From Chitinophagales bacterium (GTDB lineage Bacteria > Bacteroidota > Bacteroidia > Chitinophagales > Saprospiraceae), in NCBI GenBank assembly GCA_038326165.1, contig JBBQJT010000009.1, forward strand, positions 12,639 through 76,638: a DNA stretch of 64,000 nucleotides, in the 5' to 3' direction. The translations under genes were made by a program, and so were the position numbers. This document shows positions 58,773 through 64,000 of the stretch, piece by piece. Each line of letters begins with the position of its first letter. Positions within the stretch are counted from its first letter, which is position 1. A model generated the notes under the pieces. It searched no databases and had not been told where the DNA came from. It was given only the letters and a program-made list of their open reading frames with translations.

Positions 58773-59273
58773 TCAGTGAGGTAATTTTTCTCTGAAATAG
58801 CCATAAACCCAAGTTCCAGAGATTGCGCTCAAGAGTGTTATAATAATTACTGAATATCCAATACCTATCTGTGCGTATAATGGTCCTGGACAAGCGTCGG
58901 TAATTGCCCAACCCAATCCAAAAAGCAATCCGCCATAAATTATTCCCTTGTTAAATGGTTTTTCATGAAATTGGATTTCTTCACTATAAATGGTCTTAAG
59001 TTTTAGTTTTTTGATCAACCATACTGATATTGCTCCCACCACTACTGCGCTACCAATCACTCCATACATGTGAAATGATTGCAATCTAAACATCTCTTGA
59101 ATTCTATACCAGCTGATAATTTCGCCTTTGACAAAAACAATTCCAAATACAATTCCCACCAATAGATATTTGAGCTTGTGTTGCCATTTATGTTCCAACT
59201 GACTGACATTTATGCACATTGCGTCCAATGAGCGCACCTCAAAATCCATATTCGTTTCAGCTTGATTATGCAT
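58773..59273 (-). CDS. YeeE/YedE-family sulfur-compound transporter, C-terminal half-size subunit
   Basis: Four TM helices. Conserved ITDACPGP loop. Confidence 0.8.
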   Translation of the reverse strand: MHNQAETNMDFEVRSLDAMCINVSQLEHKWQHKLKYLLVGIVFGIVFVKGEIISWYRIQEMFRLQSFHMYGVIGSAVVVGAISVWLIKKLKLKTIYSEEIQFHEKPFNKGIIYGGLLFGLGWAITDACPGPLYAQIGIGYSVIIITLLSAISGTWVYGYFREKLPH

Positions 59274-59285
59274 AACTGATTAATA

Positions 59286-59855
59286 TTAGAGTGAAAGAAT
59301 AAGAGGAAGAATAAAATTGGCCATAAGAAATCCGCCGGCCATAAAACAAATCGTTGCTACGAGTGAAGGCCATTGCAGTGTGGATAAGCCCATGATTGAG
59401 TGGCCACTCGTGCAGCCTCCTGCATATCGTGTGCCGAAGCCTATCATGAACCCGCCAAGAACCAACACAAAGAAGCCACGGAGCGTAAAAACTTGATTCC
59501 AAGAGAAAAGCTGTTCCGGCATCAATCCATTGATTTCGGTGATTCCATAAGATGATAATTCAGTTGCTAGTTTGGGTTCAATAAGTATCGGCTGAGGATT
59601 GGCTAGGAAACTGGCAGCAATGATTCCGCCAAGTAATATCCCAAAAACAAAAACCAAGTTCCATGCCTCTTTCTTCCATTCATACTGAAAGAACGGAATT
59701 TTTGAAGGAAAACATGCAGCGCAGATGTGTCTCAATGAAGAACTAATACCAAATGATTTATTCCCAATAATTAGAAGCAATGGAACAGTTAATCCAATTA
59801 ATGGACCAACCACATACCAAGGCCAAGGTTGTTTCAGCGTTTCAATCAGATTCAT
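59286..59855 (-). CDS. YeeE/YedE-family sulfur-compound transporter, N-terminal half-size subunit
   Basis: TM-rich. Conserved [10 protein letters not shown] loop and an earlier Cys loop (HICAACFP). Confidence 0.8.
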   Translation of the reverse strand: MNLIETLKQPWPWYVVGPLIGLTVPLLLIIGNKSFGISSSLRHICAACFPSKIPFFQYEWKKEAWNLVFVFGILLGGIIAASFLANPQPILIEPKLATELSSYGITEINGLMPEQLFSWNQVFTLRGFFVLVLGGFMIGFGTRYAGGCTSGHSIMGLSTLQWPSLVATICFMAGGFLMANFILPLILSL

Positions 59856-59865
59856 AAAGTATGGT

Positions 59866-61287
59866 TTAATTAGTTTTTAATGTCTTGGATTGGCATACGA
59901 AATTGGTTCTCGGAATGCTGGTTTCAATCAATCCATTGAAGCCTCCAGATATTTCTGTGAAATTTCGATACCCACGGGCTTGCAAAATACTTGCAGCTAT
60001 CATGCTTCTGTATCCACCGGCACAATGCATAAAAAAATGTTCGTTTGGATTGATGTCATTGATCCATTTATTGATATCTGCCAGTGGCCTACTATATGCT
60101 TCTTCAACATGTTCGGCACTGTATTCACTTTCTTTGCGAATGTCAAGAACCTTATCAACCCCAATATTGACCTTAGAGGCAAACTCTTGAGGAGTAATTC
60201 TATGAATGGAATCTATTTCCTTGCCCGAATTCTTCCAAGTATCAAATCCACCATCCAAATGTCCCAAGATATTATCAAAACCAACTCTTGTTAGGCGGGT
60301 CACTGTTTCTTTTTCTTTGCCAAGTTCAGTGATCAACACAATAGGCTGTTTTACATTGCCTATCATGGCACCTACCCAAGGGGCAAAATCGCCATTGATA
60401 CCAATATTGATGGCCTGAGGCACAAAGCCACTGTAAAACTCCGTATTATTGCGAGTATCAAGGATCAGGGCGCCAGAATCTTCAGCAGCTAACTCGAATT
60501 CTGCAACACTCAATGCTCTCATTCCATTATTCAGGACTGTATCAAAACTGTCATAACCCGTTTTGTTCATGGCTACGTTCATACCAAAATAAGCAGGAGG
60601 CGGGAGCAAGCCATCAGTAACTTCAGCTATGAATTCGGATTCAGTCATGTTTGCTCTTAGTGCATAATTCAATTGTTTTTGAAGTCCAATAGTAGAAGTA
60701 GTTTCCTTGCTCATATTCTTGCCACATGCACTTCCTGCGCCATGTGCAGGATAGACAATCACATTATCAGGCAGGGTCATAACCTTGTCTCTTAATGAAT
60801 GAAATAAAATTCCTGCCAACTGTTCTTGTGTCATTGAAGCTGCCTTTTGAGCCAAATCAGGTCTGCCAACATCTCCAATGAATAATGTATCACCACTGAA
60901 TATTGCGTGTTCCTTCCCATTTTCATCTAGCATCAGGAAGCAAGTGCTTTCCATGGTGTGTCCCGGAGTATGAAGCACTTTGAAGCTGATGTTACCAACT
61001 TCAAAAACTTGGTTGTCCTCAGCAATAATCGCATCAAAAGCTGGATTCGCATTGGGACCAAATACAATAGGTGCACCAGTTAACTTGCTCAAGTCCAAAT
61101 GGCCGCTTACAAAATCAGCGTGAAAATGCGTTTCAAAAATATATTTCAATTTAACACCATCTCTGATCAATCGATCAAGATAGGGTTGCGTTTCGCGCAA
61201 AGGATCAATGATAACAGCCTCTCCATGAGAATGTATATAATAAGCCCCTTGTGCCAAACATCCCGTATAAATTTGTTCTATTTGCAT
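59866..61287 (-). CDS. Persulfide dioxygenase (ETHE1-like MBL fold) fused to two rhodanese domains
   Basis: MBL motifs [11 protein letters not shown] and HTPGHT. First rhodanese domain without an active Cys. Second has the catalytic loop HCAGGYRS. No signal peptide, so it should be cytoplasmic. Confidence 0.85.
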   Translation of the reverse strand: MQIEQIYTGCLAQGAYYIHSHGEAVIIDPLRETQPYLDRLIRDGVKLKYIFETHFHADFVSGHLDLSKLTGAPIVFGPNANPAFDAIIAEDNQVFEVGNISFKVLHTPGHTMESTCFLMLDENGKEHAIFSGDTLFIGDVGRPDLAQKAASMTQEQLAGILFHSLRDKVMTLPDNVIVYPAHGAGSACGKNMSKETTSTIGLQKQLNYALRANMTESEFIAEVTDGLLPPPAYFGMNVAMNKTGYDSFDTVLNNGMRALSVAEFELAAEDSGALILDTRNNTEFYSGFVPQAINIGINGDFAPWVGAMIGNVKQPIVLITELGKEKETVTRLTRVGFDNILGHLDGGFDTWKNSGKEIDSIHRITPQEFASKVNIGVDKVLDIRKESEYSAEHVEEAYSRPLADINKWINDINPNEHFFMHCAGGYRSMIAASILQARGYRNFTEISGGFNGLIETSIPRTNFVCQSKTLKTN

Positions 61288-61376
61288 AAAGTGAAAATGT
61301 TTTGTATAAAATTGCTAAATTGAATGAGGGTTAAAAGTGATGGTCTTGTTTTGTAAAGTCTGTTAAACAAGTAAAA

Positions 61377-62174
61377 TTACTTAAAAAAAAGTTCTTTGCC
61401 GATGATGTATAATCCCGTTAACAATACAAACCAACCAAACGCAGGCTTAAGTTTTGCTCCGTCAATTTTCTTTGATAAAAAACTTCCAATAAATATACCT
61501 CCAATTGCATATCCTGAAATTTTGAAAAGAAATGGCCAATCAATAATTGTCTCTCCACCTTCACCGAAAAACCCAATCAAGGATTTTGCGGCAATAATAA
61601 CCAATGAAGTTCCCACTGCTTCTTTCATGGGCAACTTACTGAGAATTACCAACGCGGGAATAATTAAAAATCCTCCACCCGCGCCTACCAAACCAGTAAG
61701 CAACCCCACCACAAAACCTTCGAGTAAAATAATTGTGTAATTGAATTTTTGTGGTTGGATGGATTCTGATGCTTGCTTTGAATCTTTTTTAATCATACTA
61801 TAGGATGCAGCAATCATCAATAACGCAAATAACAACATCAACAGGACGCTCTTAGTAACTACAAAATTGTTGAGGGTGAAAACCTCTTGAGGTATGGCTG
61901 GAACAACATACGCCCGGGTAAGAAACACAGCAATGATTGAAGGAATACCGAATACAATTGCCGTCTTGATATTTACCAATCCTTTTTGGAAATAATTCAG
62001 AGAACCTACTGCACTAGTTAGTCCTACAATAAACAATGAATAGGCTGTGGCAAGCACAGGATCAACGCGGAACAAATAAACCAAAACAGGTACAGTAAGT
62101 ATGCTCCCGCCTCCACCTAGTAATCCGAGTGCAACGCCAATCAGGATTGAGCAAATGAATCCAAAGTACTCCAT
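61377..62174 (-). CDS. TauE/SafE-family sulfite/anion exporter
   Basis: Eight TM helices. Duplicated GGGGSILTVP / GAGGGFLIIPAL motifs. Confidence 0.85.
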   Translation of the reverse strand: MEYFGFICSILIGVALGLLGGGGSILTVPVLVYLFRVDPVLATAYSLFIVGLTSAVGSLNYFQKGLVNIKTAIVFGIPSIIAVFLTRAYVVPAIPQEVFTLNNFVVTKSVLLMLLFALLMIAASYSMIKKDSKQASESIQPQKFNYTIILLEGFVVGLLTGLVGAGGGFLIIPALVILSKLPMKEAVGTSLVIIAAKSLIGFFGEGGETIIDWPFLFKISGYAIGGIFIGSFLSKKIDGAKLKPAFGWFVLLTGLYIIGKELFFK

Positions 62175-62222
62175 GTCTTAATTTATATCATACAAAGGTC
62201 AACAATTATTATTCCATGCTTG

Positions 62223-62239
62223 GTAACATTTGTAACATT
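62223..62239. repeat. Tandem direct repeat GTAACATT x2 in the sulfur-locus promoter region
   Basis: gtaacatt at 62223-62230, t, then gtaacatt at 62232-62239. It lies ~50-65 nt upstream of the tauE ATG (62174, minus strand). Confidence 0.55.
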
Positions 62240-62472
62240 GCCCGTGAAAAATTTTAAAACAGGAAAGAGGGTACTTGATATTCTGAAATTCGAACTTTTG
62301 TGGAAATTCCTAAAAACCAAGTAAGGGCAAGTTGACATTATTTCATGATGGTGTTTTTCATTTCTTTATATTGTGTGCCTCGGCATATTTATTTTTAAAT
62401 TCTTTGTTGAGCCATTACTTTGTTTTTCCATTGTTTTCTATTACTTTTATTATCAAATTTTTATAAAACAGC

Positions 62473-64000
62473 GTGAAATACAATATCTGCATAGTTCTTT
62501 TCCTCCTTTCACTAACCAAAAGTGATCTTATATTGGGGCAACCTTGTCCTTGCACTGTGTCGGCTGGTAATGATAAAAACTTATGTGAACCCGGTGGGGA
62601 TGTTACATTAAATGGTAGTATCACTGGCACTCCATTATCTTATGAATGGACTCCAGCCATTGGCTTAAATGACCCTGAGGTACTCAGTCCAATTGCAACA
62701 GTTGACCAAACTACCACATATACTTTAACGGTAAAATGTCTGAACAATACCAATTTGGTTGTCAATTCTAATTTCAATAATGGGAATACCAGTTTTACAA
62801 GTGACTATTTGTACAATCCAATCAGTGTTGTCAATGAAGGGGTATATGCAGTAAGTAACAATCCCCAATCTGTCCATCCTGGATTCCAACCTTGCACTGA
62901 CCATACAGGTGGCGGGCAGATGATGGTGGTAAATGGTTCCGGTACTCCAAACCAAGATGTTTGGTGCCAAACAATAGCCGTAACACCCAATACTGACTAT
63001 GCTTTTGAAACTTGGGTTGCCACTCTTGTAGCTGCCTCACCAGCCCTTTTACAATTCTCTATAAATGGGCAAACAATTGGTCCAATATTTCAGGCGCCTG
63101 GATCACCTTGTAATTGGGAACAGTTCTCAGCAACATGGAATAGTGGGGCTTCCACTTCTGCTACCATTTGTATCGTAAACCAAAACACATCTCTTGGTGG
63201 AAATGATTTTGCACTGGATGATATTTCATTCAAATCAATCTGTACCATCGAAGATAAGGTAACGGTATTTGTGCATCCCGTCAAACAATCTTTTGTTCAG
63301 GCTACTATATGTCAAGGCCAAACCTACACTCTAGGTGGCCAAACCTTCCAAAATGAAGGATCCTATGATATTTCATTGAAAACTTGGAAGAATTGCGATA
63401 GTATAATTACGTTGGATTTGTTTGTAATTGAGGTTTTTGCCAGCATTGATCCCCCTGACAAATTGGATTGTATTTTAACCGAAATTTTTCTTTATGGAGA
63501 TGGCTCCTCTAATGGACCAGAAATCACGTATAAGTGGACTACGGTCAATGGCAATATCATTTCCGATCCAAAAGAAAGCAACATCCAAATCAACAAAGCG
63601 GGAAGTTATACGCTGACAGTTACTTATAATAACGGAACATTAACCTGTACAGATTCCAAAACAATAATAGTTGAAACAGATTATACTAAGCCTGTATTAA
63701 CGGCTGGTCCTGATGGATTATTAACTTGTGCAGACACAGTTTTGGTCATTAGCGGAACAGTATTTTCTCCTTTTGATCAATACAAAGTGAATTGGACTAC
63801 CCCCAATGGAAAAATTACATCCAAATCGGATACTCTTAATCCAACCATAGCAAGTCCCGGCATTTATATTTTAACCGTTACCAATTTGCTGAATGGCTGT
63901 ACTGCTTTGGATACTACCATTATTCAAAAAGATCCTTCTTTGCCCCTTGTAGTTATTACAGGCAAAACCACGATAACGTGCAAGGATGGTGCATTGTGGA
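62473..64000 (+). CDS. Large secreted adhesin-like protein (Cys-containing Ig-like/SprB-like repeats plus a jelly-roll-like domain); 3' end outside the window; absent from the ORF track
   Basis: Frame 1 has no stop from 62467 to 64000. GTG 62473 gives MKYNICIVLFLLSLTKSDLILGQ (signal-like). Later motifs include ...NFNNGNTSFTSDY...GGNDFALDDISF. Repeated ~80-aa units follow the pattern L(T/D)C....G...(Y/V)(K/N)W(T)T.NG.I.......(I/L)......G.Y.LTV. Confidence 0.75.
   Translation, partial: MKYNICIVLFLLSLTKSDLILGQPCPCTVSAGNDKNLCEPGGDVTLNGSITGTPLSYEWTPAIGLNDPEVLSPIATVDQTTTYTLTVKCLNNTNLVVNSNFNNGNTSFTSDYLYNPISVVNEGVYAVSNNPQSVHPGFQPCTDHTGGGQMMVVNGSGTPNQDVWCQTIAVTPNTDYAFETWVATLVAASPALLQFSINGQTIGPIFQAPGSPCNWEQFSATWNSGASTSATICIVNQNTSLGGNDFALDDISFKSICTIEDKVTVFVHPVKQSFVQATICQGQTYTLGGQTFQNEGSYDISLKTWKNCDSIITLDLFVIEVFASIDPPDKLDCILTEIFLYGDGSSNGPEITYKWTTVNGNIISDPKESNIQINKAGSYTLTVTYNNGTLTCTDSKTIIVETDYTKPVLTAGPDGLLTCADTVLVISGTVFSPFDQYKVNWTTPNGKITSKSDTLNPTIASPGIYILTVTNLLNGCTALDTTIIQKDPSLPLVVITGKTTITCKDGALW

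Noticed and set aside
59266-59502. 78-aa ORF overlapping the YeeE/YedE genes
   Set aside because: It is an alternative frame of the confidently assigned transporter subunit, with no independent support.
1-64000. CRISPR arrays, tRNA/rRNA genes, retrons/DGRs and recognisable defence or toxin-antitoxin modules
   Set aside because: I saw no regularly spaced direct repeats, no cloverleaf-like GC-rich ~75-nt segments in the intergenic gaps, no reverse transcriptase or Cas-like ORFs, and no small paired ORFs typical of TA systems. A visual scan can miss tRNAs, so a tRNA-prediction run would settle that point.

Overview
This window looks like a Bacteroidota chromosome segment. Evidence: T9SS C-terminal sorting tails, SprB-type repeats, a GH3-family gene, ribosomal protein THX, TAnnTTTG-type -7 promoter boxes, and no obvious Shine-Dalgarno sequences. 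It appears AT-rich, but I did not compute composition. Most of it is tightly packed core genome: dnaB, ileS, radC, pckA, purH, coaX, dprA, tdk, pfkA and fdhD, plus envelope and peptidoglycan genes and a wzx/wzz/wzy module.

Four regions stand out.
1. A decayed accessory patch at 17.0-20.2 kb between dnaB and radC. It holds an HlyD-type adaptor pseudogene with an in-frame TAA, split by an IS1380-family element whose transposase is frameshifted. A second transposase N-terminal remnant lies next to it.
2. An MscS-type channel gene carrying two in-frame stop codons (6.3-7.3 kb).
3. A seven-gene minus-strand sulfur locus (55.5-62.2 kb). It encodes a SoxB-like protein, a signal-peptide DsrE-like protein, a TsdA/SoxA-like dihaem cytochrome, a split YeeE/YedE, a persulfide dioxygenase-rhodanese fusion and TauE. 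No SoxYZ/AX/CD genes are in the window.
4. An uncharacterised operon of a lipoprotein, a beta-barrel protein and a T9SS esterase (25.9-30.0 kb).

Two genes are missing from the supplied ORF track: a 39-aa ribosomal protein THX gene (52871-52990, minus strand) and a 3'-open adhesin-like ORF (62473 to the window end). The first ORF is open from nt 1, so it is 5'-partial.

I saw no rRNA, tRNA, CRISPR array, reverse transcriptase or recognisable defence or toxin-antitoxin module. I found no compelling novel system; the sulfur locus and the lipoprotein/barrel operon are the best leads. All family calls rest on motifs read by eye, not on searches.
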